Shown: positions 39,966 through 53,249, counted from the stretch's first letter. The stretch: DNA of 64,000 bases from Tubiluchus corallicola (GCA_030141605.1 JAQGDQ010000019.1:434001-498000), one strand, 5' to 3'. Numbers and translations: made by a program. Notes: a model not told the origin generated them from the sequence alone.

Positions 39966-42932
39966 TCAATTGTCCTACTTTGGCTAGTGGATTACTCGGC
40001 GCCCAACAAGTTAGTTAACAAATCTATGAAGTGAAATGTGATTTTATTCTGCAACCGGTTCTACACTAAGTTACAGGATTTCCATTATTATGTCTCGCCC
40101 AACGAAACGACACGATGAAAAGTTTAAGGCCCTTAGTTATTAGCTTCCAAAATGACGATAATTCACAGTTTTAAGTTATTTTAAAAATTACGTTTCCTTC
40201 TGCCGACTTGAGTTATATGTTTCAGCAAACATGTCACATGACTTGACACAGTACGTCCAGGAGCTAGAGCAGGTTGTGATTCCGAACTTATTTTCCTTTT
40301 TTGTTGTAACGTGTTGGGGCCCTGGGGGCTAGATTGCAATTTAGGTGGTTCTTTTTTAATGCATTCCCAGATTGCCCAAATCAAAAATATAGCCGAAAAC
40401 AGTAGTCCGGCAGACAGATGCATCCTTTATCTGCACACTGATGTAAAGAAAATAACGATCTACCTCATACATGAAAATAAATTTTTAAAAAGTTGGCACC
40501 AGTGTTGTGACGATGAACTAAGATCAGGCGTTTACCAAATACTTTTATTTTCGAGTATGCAGAAAGTGATTATTTTTATATACCACTGTGTGCCACAGCA
40601 TAAAAAACATACTACTAGTATAAGAAAAAAAATAAAAAGGGAACTTACCGGAAAAGACAATTGACAACTCCTTTGAACCTCTGCCATTTTGCAGATTCTG
40701 TGTTTTCTATTAGAGGGCTTATTGTTTAGTCTTTCCTGGTATCCGCTAGCAATTCAGTGTGTAGAGAATGCCCTGAATCAATGTCGGACTCAGTACTAGG
40801 GGCATGCATGATGTCCTGTCCTGAAATCCACCAGAAGAGGCAATTATTCATATTTGTAGTCATATGAAAATTCCGACATAACTAAATCAATTTAAGATGA
40901 AATTTGCAAATTTCTAGCAATTTCCATGGCAAAGGAATCTATTGCTACTAGGAAATGAGAGCACTAGTCACAGAAAATGCAGGTTAAATGTGGCTAAATG
41001 TCTACTGTCATATACGACCTGAGCCAAGTATGTCTGCTTTTCACACATGGACGGAATTACTATGGAAAGTAAAAAAGTGTGTTGATAAGGCTATTTTTTC
41101 TAACAGTGCCCCTCTATATAATGTCATTCATGATATTATCTCAGCTCGTGCGTTTTCATGAAATTTAGAATACAGATTTGTCACTTATAATCCAGCATAT
41201 AGATAGAAAAAATATTGAAAAACTACAAAAAAAGCGAATTTTGCTGATTTTTGTAAAATTTTAAAGTGCCAGTACTAAATACTCAAACAGGCTCCAGCGA
41301 ATTTTCTTTTTTATATTATTAGTGAGGATGACAGTCAACACATACATGAAAACCGGAAGTTCTGTAGCCCCGCAGTGGGCAAGTTATGAGCCTTACAACT
41401 TAACCTCTCCCGGGACTCTTAACAAAGAGCCGAATTTGAAAAATCCCGTTCTCTGATACTATTAATAGTATGTCAGAAAAAGTTAGGATATCAGAAGACA
41501 ATGTCTGGGTCTATGTACCAGCCAACTTACATCGACCCATCTATAATAGTTTATACAGGAGAAAAAGTTAAAATAACCCCCAAAATAGCGATTTTTTGCC
41601 TCTTTCGGGGTCAATTTCTTGATGTGGTCATTTCTCTGCCAATAGTAGCTCGATCGATTTGATATCTTGGTTACATGGTTTTGGGGGGTCGCCCTTCATG
41701 TTGGAAAAAAATGATATAAATTCGTCACCCCTCATGTGCCACCCCCTGCATGGTGCTCTCGCGGACTCGTTCTTAATCACTTGTTTAGCGGTTTGCTTGT
41801 GAAGCTCTGGCAGTCTTTACCAGAAAGTTTAATCAGTTAGATGTTGCTGTTATGCCAGGGACACAGGTACAGTACAGTAAGTACGTCGCAATTATAGCAA
41901 GCAGGAGCTTAGGCAAAGCTACAGACGAAACTGCGGGGAGAGGAAGCTGCGGGCACCACCAGCAGTTTAAGCACGCCAAGCACAAAGCATTTTACGAGAA
42001 TTTGTGCATCATGCAACAACAGATTTTTAATGTTTTTATCATTTTGAGAACTTTGTGGGTCAACTTCTTCGTGATAAAATGAAGCAGCCAACTTTGAAGG
42101 AATTTTTGTAATTTTTGCAAATAAATAGACTTGTTTGATTTAAAAAACTATACTTTTTAATTTATTGCTAATTCACTTATATAAATTAATATTTTAAAAT
42201 ATTTTTTTGTAATTTTTAACTGTACAAAGGAACTTAGGCTGTACTTCATTTCTAAAATTCATTAAAAACCTTTGCAGTCCATAGTAAGCTGGTGAGTTTA
42301 TTAAGCGGCACCTACTGTATATATTTTTGATTTGATTATATATATATCCTGCAATAAACAGTGAACCACCTAAACTGCAAGTGCACCCATCTGGAGTTAT
42401 TTCTTATTGATAAATTGAATTTTTTTGTCTTATATAACAGTAAGACTGATCTTACAGTCTTAGTGTTGTAGAAATTTCATTCAGTGTTCACTTATTGTTA
42501 AGTGTTTGTGTCTAGTGGCAGTAATGCTACCATCACCACGTTAAATTACCTTCTTTAACTTAATTATAATGGAGAGTCTGATGTAGTTCGTGTGTTAATC
42601 TGCAAAAACCACTTAAAGAGCAATTCTACGCAGGTTATTATTGTTATTATTATTGTTGTTGTTGTTGTTATTGTTATTATTATTATTAATTAATTGGTAC
42701 TAATAATACAGTGTATGTATAGTAAACATATAGTAGCTGTACATGATGCACATACAAGTTATTATAATTTTACTAATCAGTACAGGTATTATCCAGAAGT
42801 AATTGACTTGATAGATTGAGATGAGATGATGAGATGAGAAGAGAAGATTATCATTCTGTTAGTACTATTCCTCCAGGGTTGCCAGTAGTAATATTTGAGC
42901 TGTAAGAAATCACTTTACCTTGTTTTTTACAG

Positions 42933-43037
42933 GATGAATATGATCCTAAAGAATTTGTTGAAAGGACTGCCTGGAGAACACTGAGGGGAACATCTGGTGA
43001 CAACTTTGATCCTGAGGCTTTGCATACCACTTTTCAG
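42933..43037 (+). CDS. EXOC5: Exocyst component 5 (Sec10), first resolved exon; the ATG exon lies upstream and was not identified
   Basis: TTTTACAG acceptor; encodes DEYDPKEFVERTAWRT..FDPEAL; ends CAG|GTGTGA. Confidence 0.88.
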
Positions 43038-43199
43038 GTGTGATGGATGTTCTTCTTAAAACAGAGCAATGCTGAGTTTTAAAACCATAATTAATGTCAC
43101 TAATAATCTCTGAAGATTGGAATATAACATGGGGCTTTTATGAAATTGTTTATATAATATCAGGTTTTTTAATATAAAGTAACCAACAACACTTTGTTT

Positions 43200-45090
43200 C
43201 TAAACCATTGGATTACTTTCATTCATATTTCAATTTAAATAAGTCATGGCTCAGTAATAGGGAGTAATGGTTTTGAACAGTTTGCAAGATGCAAACTAAC
43301 CAGTAAACCCACAGTATTTTTGATATCCATAATTCAACCTAACTTCAAAAAAGTCATCAAAATTTATAACGTATCATAAGAGAATATCAATGAATGGCAA
43401 GAAATTTCATCCTATGCTGAAATACTAAAAATACCGAATGTACAACCTAGAAAAACGTAGCCCTAACTCAGTAAATAATAGAAAGAAGACCAAGAAACAA
43501 GTTTGGTTTGATGAATGTGCATTAGAATGTGTGTAAACCTACATTCACTGTTCTGACCTCATTACCTGCAAATAAAACAGTCTACAGTGTAGCGACCCCA
43601 AAAAAATTTATAAGCCTTTAACAAAGAAAATACAGATGTTTTAAAAGCAAATTTACAGAAAAACTTATAAACTATATGGACACTAACAGCATTCTTTTCT
43701 GAAACAAGCAAGCCGTGTCAGATGTCGGTCCTACCACAATGTTTAACCAGTACATACAATTACTAGCATCTGGCTAATCTGAATATAACCAGCAAAAAAC
43801 CCAAACAACCACTTTCAATGAAATGAAATTCACAATAAATGAAAAGAAAAGGCACACTATGCATTTGTTACACACGAGGGGTCCGTAAGAGGTAAAACTC
43901 TAATGATCATTTATTAACGTATATACAGCATAGCTATGTACTTAGTAAAAGTGCCAAATGGTTGTACAGATAATCTTCTGAGTATTTCTAGGGTAAATGC
44001 AAGAAAATTAAAGTAGTCATCAACACAAATACTGTGGAATAAGGTTTTACAACTACGGACCCTTTAAACAATCAATATTAGAATGAAAAGACGAAGGCTT
44101 AAAATCTTTAAATATACTAAGAGCTGAACTAACAAGTTATAACTTACCACCTAAAATAACTATAATTTTATTTAGTTCCATGCTAAAACATGTATCACTT
44201 TATGGCAGTGGAATTTGGGGACCATATAGTGCAAATTTGAACATGCATTATAATCTACCCTCTTTAAACGTATTATGACAAAATAAGTACTGAAAACGTA
44301 TTTGTAAATTGTGTAAATACATACATTAAAATCAGTAAATAACATAGTACCAGCTAAACTTGGACAGTACCCTTTAGGAATAGACATAAAAAAACATGAC
44401 GTGATAAGTTACTGGCTACAGATAATTAACAATCCTAACACGTCACTAATCAAAGATCTATTCATAGTCTTTGTATCAATCAGACAGTAATATATTCAAC
44501 TGAGCAAAATTTGTAAAAGGCATTTTAGGCTTAACAATTTTCAAACATGTATGAGAACACCAAGAAACTGTAAACAACAAATGCTTACTATATTGTGCCA
44601 AACAGAAATTCCAAAGTATCTATCTCGAAAATTTGAGAAAAAAATTAACAGAATGCACAGCACTGACAATAATAACGGAAACAAATCAAGAACTTATTGC
44701 AAAGTCAAGGAAAACTTCCAATCAGAAAATTATTTGCAAATTAATAATAATTCACAAAGTTGCGTATAAGCTCGCACTCGCAATAGAAACAGATAGGTAT
44801 CATAAACCTAATAAAATCCCAACCATCAAAAGATATTGTACACAACGTACTCACACAAACAAGAAATAGAAGGCCTAATTCACAACCTCCTACGCTGCAC
44901 TAGATATGAACTGCTCGGAAACACCCTTTATACCGAAATTAGTACTGTATAACCCAAGTTTGTTTATTTATCACGTGATAGCAAACTATTATTATCAAGC
45001 ATAACAAAATATTATTAGGCTCAAATAAGTGCAAGCTAGTAAAGAGTAATGAATTAAATAAAAAGTCAGTAATAATAATAAAAAAAGAAA
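43200..45090 (+). mobile_element. Heavily degenerate non-LTR retrotransposon (CR1/L2-like ORF2 relic) in an EXOC5 intron
   Basis: Fragmentary motifs in the expected order: VWFDEC (43501), YGS-IWG (44201), LGQYPL..YW (44359), LAIETDRY..IP..RYC..EIE..H.LL.C..Y..L (44775-44918); AAT/A-rich tail at about 45070-45090. Confidence 0.7.
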
Positions 45091-45234
45091 TCTACTGTAA
45101 ACCAGAATCTTAATAAAAAAATGCAAACGGGTATTTTGTCTAATATTGGTAAACAAGTTTGACAGGCACTGTTGGTCAAGGGACTTATGGAAATGCTGAC
45201 CAATTGTGAATTGGTTGAACTTGGGAATTTTTTG

Positions 45235-46140
45235 TGATGTTATCGTTGCTATCCTGATTTTAAAATAGCGAAACGGAAATCCAATTTTAGCAATGTATGC
45301 AGAATTCATCCTAGTATATTCCTATAAAGCTTCATAGTGATCCTTTACGAATCGGCGGAGCCTTTGTCCTCTTTGGAACATGATGTTATTGCTGCCATCT
45401 TGAAATCAAAATCGCACGTTGAAAATCTTATTCTATCAGTCAATAGAGAATTCATTCTAGTTTATTACTAAGAGGCTTTATGACAATAGATTTAAAATGA
45501 TGTTATTGCCACCGTCTTGAATTCAGTATGGTGAATTGGAAATCTAATTCTATTAATTGGTGCAGAATTCAGCCTAGTATATTTTTAGAAAACTTTATAA
45601 TAACGATCCATTGCGAATTGGTGGAACTTTACGCTGTTTTTGAAAATGATGTTCTCGTCAAAATTTTGAATTCAAGATGTTAGTTCAAAATTCCCACTCT
45701 GTCAATCGATGTTCTAATATATTCCTCTAAAGTTTCCTGACAATCCTTTTCCAATTAACGGTGTCTTGGGCTTTTTTGGAAAATAATGTTATTGCCGCTG
45801 TCAGGAACTAAAAAAGGCAGACTGAAAATCCAACTCTTGTCAATCGATGCAGATGTTGTTCTAGTATATTGTTATAAAACTTCATTACAATCCATTGTGG
45901 ATTTGCCTCTTGAGCCAGAGCCATATTTGTTGTGTAGCTAGGTGCATAACTGAATATTGGATATTTGCTTGTGGGAAGATTTTTCACTAGAGGACAAAAA
46001 CCAAAAGTGTTAAGCTCTCTTCTAATATGATGTTGTTGCCACTATCTTGAATTCAAAATCGAAAATCCGACTCAGTCAGTCGATGCAGAATAGTTTCCAG
46101 AATATTCATATTTACTTTCATGACGATACGTTACAAAGTC
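45235..46140. repeat. Degenerate ~120-150-bp tandem satellite (about 6 units); one more unit at about 51510-51635
   Basis: TGATGTTATTGC..CC.TCTTGAATTCAA...AAATC..A.TCT.TCA.TCGATGCAGAATTC.TC.TAGTATATT starts at about 45235, 45381, 45498, 45646, 45784 and 46028. Confidence 0.8.
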
Positions 46141-46449
46141 ACTGAGTCTCTTAGGCTTTTTACAAAGTCAGTCTCTTGACAACAACAATATCCAAATGCG
46201 CAAGCGATTTGGGTCGATGAATCTTCCAAGCTTTCTTGATCAAAAATTAAAAAAGTTCCTCATGGGTTAGCATTTCTCACTTTTCGCCATGTTTCTGCTT
46301 CTCCCCTTGACTGTCTTGAGTAATTTCATCATTTTGACCAAAGTTAGAAATGATTGGCATTGTTTTGTAAAAACCTTGCTATGTAGTTTTTGTAGCTTTA
46401 TTTTCCTGAAGAGTCATTTATCTTATAGGCTATTCATTTCAAAACTTAA

Positions 46450-47166
46450 CTCCTTCAGGACAGTAAAAGTTTGCTGTATTTTGACTGGATTCATGAAAAA
46501 CTGCCCTCACTAAGCAATGATAACATTATATCTGATAATTTTTGCAGGTTCTACTCCTCACGCAATGGGCTTTCATGCAAATTATACTTCAAATGTAGTT
46601 GCTTATCATAGACAAATTAAGCATCGACTTTTGACATAAAAATTGGAAAAAATTTTCAGTAACTACAATGTTTGTACTTTAAGAATGTACAGAATCACCT
46701 GTGTGAAATTATGCAAGAAATTTCAGTTATCCAGACACAACACTCTCATACACTTTGGCCTCAGGTCTATAAGTCGACTGTATTTTTAAGGAGAACTTCC
46801 TGTTAAAAGAAAAGACGACTTTAATTTGTCCTTGGCTGATGGTTGGTTTTTCCTGAAATTCTGTACGGCATACAGTTCTCTTGGGCTTTAGCAAGCGGGT
46901 GATCAATAAAGTAGTGTGCATGATTTCACAAATGTACACCAGACTAAGCTACTCGATAGGCTAAGTTGGAGCGGCTGAAAAGGGCATGTTTTTTTTTAAT
47001 TTTACCCAATTAAATAACTTACAGATGCTCAAACAAATTGCATGATTTGATAGCCAAGTTTCTCCTGATCAGAACAGTTCCTAATTTGAAATCATTTAGT
47101 TATGCCTGTAGCAGAAAAGTTATAGGTCTTATATGACCTATTTTGAGTGATGCAGACCTAAAGGAG
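46450..47166. mobile_element. TTAA-flanked MITE (piggyBac-like)
   Basis: TTAA|CTCCTTCAGG at the left end and CCTAAAGGAG|TTAA at the right end form an inverted pair; no ORF. Confidence 0.65.
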
Positions 47167-47389
47167 TTAATGGTTTTTCTATACTGTCTACCATTTGCAT
47201 AATATTATGCTATTTTAATGTATTTCTGTCTTTCTTAATCGTTGTCTTAATCTGTACAAAGCCCTAAAGAGTGGAGACTTTCAAAAAAGCATTCAACCTT
47301 TTGAAGTTTTGCAGAATTTCTGTTTTCTGTTTACTGTACACACAAGGAGTGTAATTTCATATATGCTTTAAAACACTTTTTTTGAGTAG

Positions 47390-47518
47390 GAAGTCATTTA
47401 TGAACTTCAAGCCATGTATGAAAACTACGAGTTGAAAGTGAAAAGAGCTCAAAGTCAGTGCACTGAAGAAGAAGCTGAGCACAAGGCTAGATTAGTTGAG
47501 CATCTTCGGACACATCGG
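47390..47518 (+). CDS. EXOC5: EXOC5 exon
   Basis: Encodes EVIYELQAMYENYELKVKRAQSQCTEEEAEHK; AG/GT boundaries, phase 0/0. Confidence 0.88.
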
Positions 47519-47824
47519 GTTAGTCTGCTTGTTAGTTATATTGACAAGTTGGTAACTCGTTAGTTTTTTTATCAAATTAGATAATACAGAATTACTCATT
47601 TAAGGGGTTTGAAGTGCAAATCTATGACCTAAAGGTAAAACAATTAATTCTGAGCAAGTTAAATTTCAGCAGTTAGATTTCATCATTACCAAGGCATTTT
47701 GTTTAATGGTATTTTAAATTAGACTAGGCCCAAACTTAAACCAAACTAATATTGACCTATTATTATTAATTAAAAATAAGTAATGTATGTTTATTTGAGG
47801 AAGTTTTTTTAAATATTTTTCCAG

Positions 47825-48087
47825 GCTGCTGTTGGACACTTCAGTGAACTGGACAGCCACATTAACTTTGTTGCCACTAAAATCTTACATCTTGGTGATC
47901 AACTGGAAAGCGTGAACATACCACGAGCCCGTGGAGTCGAAGCTCAAAAACTCATGAATTATTTTGCAGAATTTCTGCAAGAGGGAGCGTTGACATCTGC
48001 CGTGTTCACTGATCCATTCCGACTTGACGAAGCTGCTGATGTGATACAAAAATTGAATTTAATTGCACAGGAATTACCATCTGAAAA
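47825..48087 (+). CDS. EXOC5: EXOC5 exon
   Basis: Encodes HFSELDSHINFVATKILHLGDQLESVNIPRARGVEAQKLMNYFAEFL..EAADVIQKLNLIAQELP; phase 0/2. Confidence 0.96.
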
Positions 48088-48119
48088 GTAATGATTTTCA
48101 AAAATAGTGACATATTTAT

Positions 48120-48757
48120 TAGGCCTGTAATAATACATCGATGCATCGTGATATCTTTTATTACGATATGCATATCGCCAAAATGCAAATTTATCGTGAT
48201 AATCTGAGTCAATGATATTTAGCAAATTAGCATGCGCTTCACCCTATGCTGATAAAAACGATGTGAAGTAATTCAAGCTACAGCTAAAGAGTGCACTGTA
48301 AATACATAAAAGTCAGTGCATTGAACAGTAGTTGACTTAACAAAGTCACTGCTAGCAGCCAAAGTGGTTGAAAATGCAAGGTGTTTAATCTGTAGTAGGC
48401 TAATTACGTCGGTTGCATATAAACTTGTAAAATGGCAAAAGTGAATCAGAAAATGCACAAACATTTGTTAAACTTAAAGTATTGATAAGTTTTATTTTTC
48501 TAGGGGTTACAATGCAAATAATAGCTTACACGTTGCACAAATAAAAATCAAATCAGTTTGTCGAGTTATTTTAGTATTTAGCAATCCTAAAACTGTTGAT
48601 TGATAAAATATGTTTAGCATTTATTATCAATGGCTTCATCTAGTTTTTTCATAAACCTGCAAACGTTAACCCATGTGTATTGTGATACATATCGTATCTT
48701 GAGGTTTGTATCGTGATATGTATCATATCGTGACCCAGGTGCATTGTTACAACCCTA
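48120..48757. mobile_element. hAT-type MITE
   Basis: TIRs TAGGCCTGTAATAAT and ATTGTTACAACCCTA; 8-bp TSD ATATTTAT/ATGTTTAT (7 of 8 match); subterminal GATA/TATCG repeats. Confidence 0.8.
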
Positions 48758-48996
48758 ATGTTTATTGTTTAACAGTTTTACTTCTGTTGTACTTACATCT
48801 TGCTTGTAGATTCTTTTTTAAAAATTCTTGTAAAAAAGCAGGAATAAATGCTTTTTTAAATTTTTGGTACAACAGAATAATCACTTATATGTATGAACTG
48901 ATCAGTATTTAATTATTTTATAATTATTTATTATAATGTTCTTATGATAACTTTTGTATGCCATGTTTTCGTTCTGTGAAGATTTTCGTATTATAG

Positions 48997-49135
48997 ATTT
49001 CAAGCTGTTAGAAAAAGAATCTCTGAAAAGTATGATGACATTGAAAAGTCTTTAATCGAAGAGTTTGTTGTTGCTCATAAAAGTCGTGATAAAATACGGA
49101 TGAAGGAACTGGCAACCATTTTATCACATTTTAAG
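48997..49135 (+). CDS. EXOC5: EXOC5 exon
   Basis: Encodes FQAVRKRISEKYDDIEKSLIEEF..RMKELATILSHFK; phase 2/0. Confidence 0.95.
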
Positions 49136-49380
49136 GTGTAGTATTTACTCTCATTTAGTACTACTAATGTAGCACTTGCTAGTGATTCCTTTTGAAGTAT
49201 GCTAACTCTTGCAGCCATATTCCATGATGTGTAAGCTAGGACCCACAAAGAATTTCCTTGTTGCAGCTTAGATATGTGCAATTTCTAATGTGCAATAGTT
49301 ACTGTCGACTATTGAACTGCACCAGCTAAGTGAATAGTTAATTAATTAGTTTCACAATACACCTTCCTTTTTCATTTTAG

Positions 49381-49649
49381 GGCTATTCTCAGTGCATTGA
49401 TGCATTTATTGATGAAAGTCAAAAAGCTATTTCAAAACGTGGTAAAGGAGACGTGTTCATTATTATTAAACCTTTGTGTGAGGAGACGAATAACTTAGTG
49501 CAAGAAATATTCACCACACCTGAAAGTGTGATAGCCAAATTTGTACTGAATATATTTCATGGCAAGCTGCAAGAGTATATTCAAGCTACGCTAGAAGATA
49601 AGAGAAATCCTGAGCGTTACTTGCGAAACCTGTACGACTTTTATTCCAA
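49381..49649 (+). CDS. EXOC5: EXOC5 exon
   Basis: Encodes GYSQCIDAFIDESQK..IFTTPESVIAKFVLNIFHGKLQ..YLRNLYDFYS; phase 0/2. Confidence 0.95.
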
Positions 49650-50808
49650 GTTGGTATACTTTTAAATTGACATGTTTTTTAGTAGTAGAGAGTTTGACTT
49701 TTAAATTTGTTATTACTGTAATTACTAAATGTGGGGATGATGATGGTGGTACTGGTGATGACCGTCATCATCATCATCATCATTTACCAATGGTAGAATT
49801 TATTGTAGTATTAACTAGAATTGCGAAAATGTGACTAAAATTTCCCTTTTTCAATCTCGTCATCAATTGTTTTGTATCTGTTGGACCTCGATAGATTCCA
49901 CCATCTAGTTTTTCTACCATAATGGACTGACTGTTCAGTGAACTCGCACTTCTGCAGTATAGGTTTTTATAGTATCCAATAATTCAGTTATTTTGTATAG
50001 TTACTTTTGTTTATTGTATTGTTTCTCCACCTATCGATATACCCGTTGCATGTATTGTTTTTTTAAGTGGTGCTAAATGTAATCACCTATTGTATTATCT
50101 AATTAGAAAGTAGACTGTCTGAATTGATCTAGAGATGTTTTGCAAGTCTTTGTCTGGCAATTTCCTAGGAATATGATGACATGTGTATTACAGCATCATT
50201 ATAATAAAAAATATGTCAAAAACAATTATTTGCATTAAATATGAAATGAACCGCAATTTTTAAATCTTCACAATCAATTAGACAGCAAAAAGAAAATAAA
50301 AAGTTTAGGCAGAGCCTGGATTTAGACTACCGACCTTTGGATTACATGAGAGTTCGATATTTGAGTCCATTAGATCATGCTGGATCACATTGGACATGAT
50401 CAAACATTAGCATCTAAGCTAACATTTCCAAGTTGTCACTTTTCTCTGATTAACTAATAACTAATTTGGTGATTTTTGTAATTAAAATTATGGTCAAAAT
50501 AGTTAGTGGACAATTAATTAGTCATTTATTATTTTAATTTCAAAATTTGTTTTTTGTGATGAACAAGAAAATGTAAAAACGTGCACTGAGTTCATGGATT
50601 ATGATTAGATGAGCTGCAATATTGGTGTTTAATAGACTTGTCTAAATTATAAGCAGTTCAGATCAAAACTGAATACCGACTTCTTCATATTTTTTTCTGT
50701 CAAGTTTCGTTTTTGTAATTTATTAATTGCAGGTTTATTCTGTCATTAATTATTTTTTTATTTGCAATAATTGTAAAATATGAAATTTAAATGTTTACTT
50801 TTTGGCAG

Positions 50809-50919
50809 AACAGTGAAGCTGTCTAGTGAGTTATCTAACATTAAAATGGGTAACGATTCCACGTTCCTTCCAAAACTTACTAAACATATCTTCAGCCGAC
50901 ATCTTGAAAATTATATTAG
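50809..50919 (+). CDS. EXOC5: EXOC5 exon
   Basis: Encodes TVKLSSELSNIKMGNDSTFLPKLTKHIFSRHLENYI; phase 2/2. Confidence 0.93.
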
Positions 50920-51358
50920 GTTAGTGTGCTTTCTATTGTTCTTATTCTTGTAAACGGCATGTTTGAGGATTCAGTATTTAATATTTAATGTAGGTAGAAC
51001 CACATGTTTCACCAGGAGGAAAAAGAATTAATTCTGAGATATTTTTCTTTAGTTCAGATAAAAAAAGCAATGTTAGAGGTCAGTGTACATGTTTAGCTTT
51101 CCTTAACTGAAAATTTGTTAAATTTGCTTACCTCTCTTAGTTCAGTAAATGCATGTTAGAAGTTTTAGTCTTAGTACCATATTTCGGAACTAATCTTTTC
51201 TCATTGAACACAGGAAAGTAGTTTTTTGCTTTTTCTATATGTTGTAAAGCATTTTTCTCTAATTGTGAAGTACCAATGGCTACGTTTGCTGTTTGAATTT
51301 AATGAGGAGTCCTATTACCATTTACTTGTTGTGCTATTTATTGTTTTCTTTTTTGTAG

Positions 51359-51454
51359 TGTCGAGACATACTTCTTGAAGGAAAAATGTGCATTAATCTT
51401 ACAGCGGTATTATGAGTCTCGAAATCATCAGAAAAAGACCATTCAGTCAGGCGG
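51359..51454 (+). CDS. EXOC5: EXOC5 exon
   Basis: Encodes VETYFLKEKCALILQRYYESRNHQKKTIQSG; phase 2/2. Confidence 0.95.
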
Positions 51455-53113
51455 GTGAGCAATTACCTTGAGGCATCTTATTGTCTAATAAATTATATTG
51501 ATGATTTCTTTTCTTGAATTCAAAAGGGCAAATAAAAATCCCACTCTGTCAGTTGATGCGGAACTTGTGATACATTTCTATTAAGTTTTATATTGATCCA
51601 TTTCGAATTAGGGGAGCCTTGGGCATTTTTAAAAACAGTCATCCCCAACAACAGCATCCTGACGGGTAGCGGTTTGAGTCCAGTCCCTTGACCAAATCCC
51701 ACAATAAAAAAGACATGACTAACATAGTATATAGTGTTGGGTGGAAATATTGTGTCGTGTTTATTGCGTGCTTTTTTTGTTAAATATTGAAGTACAATGC
51801 AAGCAAATTAGAGCATTAATTTCTGTATATTGTCAAATATAGTTTCAGTACTGATTTTTTTGTTATTGAGATGGAAACTGATGTCACCCTAGGTAGTTTA
51901 TTTTACTTGCCATTTACTTTTCATCAGGTATGTTTGTTTATTTGTGTATTGTCTTATTTTGTTGCGCAGGAACTTCTTAACTGCCATTTGAATTAATTTC
52001 CCATTGCTGCTTCTCCTTTGCCATGATAACACCTTAGTTTGTTATGAGGATAATAATTTGCCTTGCATACTGGTACAGCAAGCAATATGTTGAGTTCACT
52101 CTGGCTTCCGCTTGTTTATTTATCATTACTTCTTCACATTGTCTACATTTTCCTCACACACTTTGAGAATCAAAAATCTGATGCCTTTCTTAGTTTTTAG
52201 CTCTCAAAATTTGCAAAACTTTTTTATGTAGGCAGAGGGAATGGTCGATAGTCGCAAAAGTGTCATTTGTGAATAAGCTATTTTGCAAACGTTGATGCTC
52301 TGCTGTAAAATAAGTTAGCAACATTTTGCCTGAATCTATAAAAAGTTGACAATGAAAGTTATAAAAAAGAAAGATGGAATTCTGGACTTCAGTCTTGTCC
52401 TTACAAGGGTCATTTTGCTAAATTTCTCTCGTCTGGTTTTATAAGAAATATAGAAATTCTCATGTTCAGACAATTCCTATTTTTAGCATTGCTCAGATAA
52501 TTCTCTATGCAATTAGAAATTGTCGAAATGATATCAAGTATCAAATGAAAATACTAGATGAGCTTAATCAATAAGTGAAATTATAGAGGCTGTAGGATAA
52601 TGGTTCTAAAGCTCAACGTAATAAAGACCAAGTTAATGTAATCAAGTTACCTCATTTTGACATCAAAAGCTACCAGTTGGCTTATGCAGCTGAAAGTTCT
52701 CCGGAAAGTGTAAACTAGCACAACAGCCATATTGGCTAGCAAAATAACAAATTAAATGAACGATTATAATTTTATTAGCAGCATTAACAAAATCTATGTA
52801 GTGAATGATGTTTGCTGCTGTTTTGCAATTACATGGCAAAAACAACGAAATGTTAGTTACTTTACTGCAATCATGTTGAGAATGCTGAAAAGTCATCTGT
52901 GATGTGTGAACAGCGTGGTGCTACTGTGTGCTGCTGCAGCCCCATAGCTGTCCCATAGCTGATGAAGCAAAATAACCAACATTTTTGTTAAATGTGTTGA
53001 AAGTATGCACTCAGTAATAAACAAAGTTCGTGATTTACAGCTGTTATAATATTACCAATGTTTATTATTGTCTAGTTCTCAAATAATAAATCATATTTTG
53101 GTTGTACTTGCAG

Positions 53114-53249
53114 ATTTTCTGACCTAAGACGAGATCTGCAGCGCCACATAGGGGGCCTCGACAATTATGGTGGCGAAACTTTTCTTTCCGAAGAAGTATC
53201 AATAAATTTACTGCAAGAGTGTAAAGTGGCTTTCAGACGATGCCAGACA
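53114..53249 (+). CDS. EXOC5: EXOC5 exon
   Basis: Encodes FSDLRRDLQ..YGGETFLSEEVSINLLQECKVAFRRCQT; phase 2/0. Confidence 0.95.

Larger units (their letters stand above)
38316..40008. mobile_element. Non-autonomous DNA transposon (outer copy), TGT..ACA termini, ~38-bp TIRs, 5-bp TSD AGTTA
   Basis: Left TGTAGGGCGCCGAGTAATCCACTAGCCGAAGTAGGACA; right TGTCCTACTTTGGCTAGTGGATTACTCGGCGCCCAACA. AGTTA sits at 38311-38315 and 40009-40013. Confidence 0.93.

Noticed and set aside
39882-39990. 30-bp repeats resembling a CRISPR array
   Set aside because: Units are head to tail with no unique spacers, lie in a transposon subterminus, and there are no cas genes in this eukaryotic context.
40181-40423. 80-aa ORF with a signal-peptide-like start (MHLSAGLLFSAIFLIWAIWEC)
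   Set aside because: Overlaps a dispersed repeat whose other copy (11830-11975) does not keep the frame open.
40960-41780. Possible TTAA-type DNA transposon fragments
   Set aside because: No matching pair of TIRs could be established.
50300-50400. tRNA-like segment on the minus strand (similar hints at about 13760-13900 and 60810-60880)
   Set aside because: A and B boxes are degenerate and I cannot fold a cloverleaf; at most SINE or TE relics.
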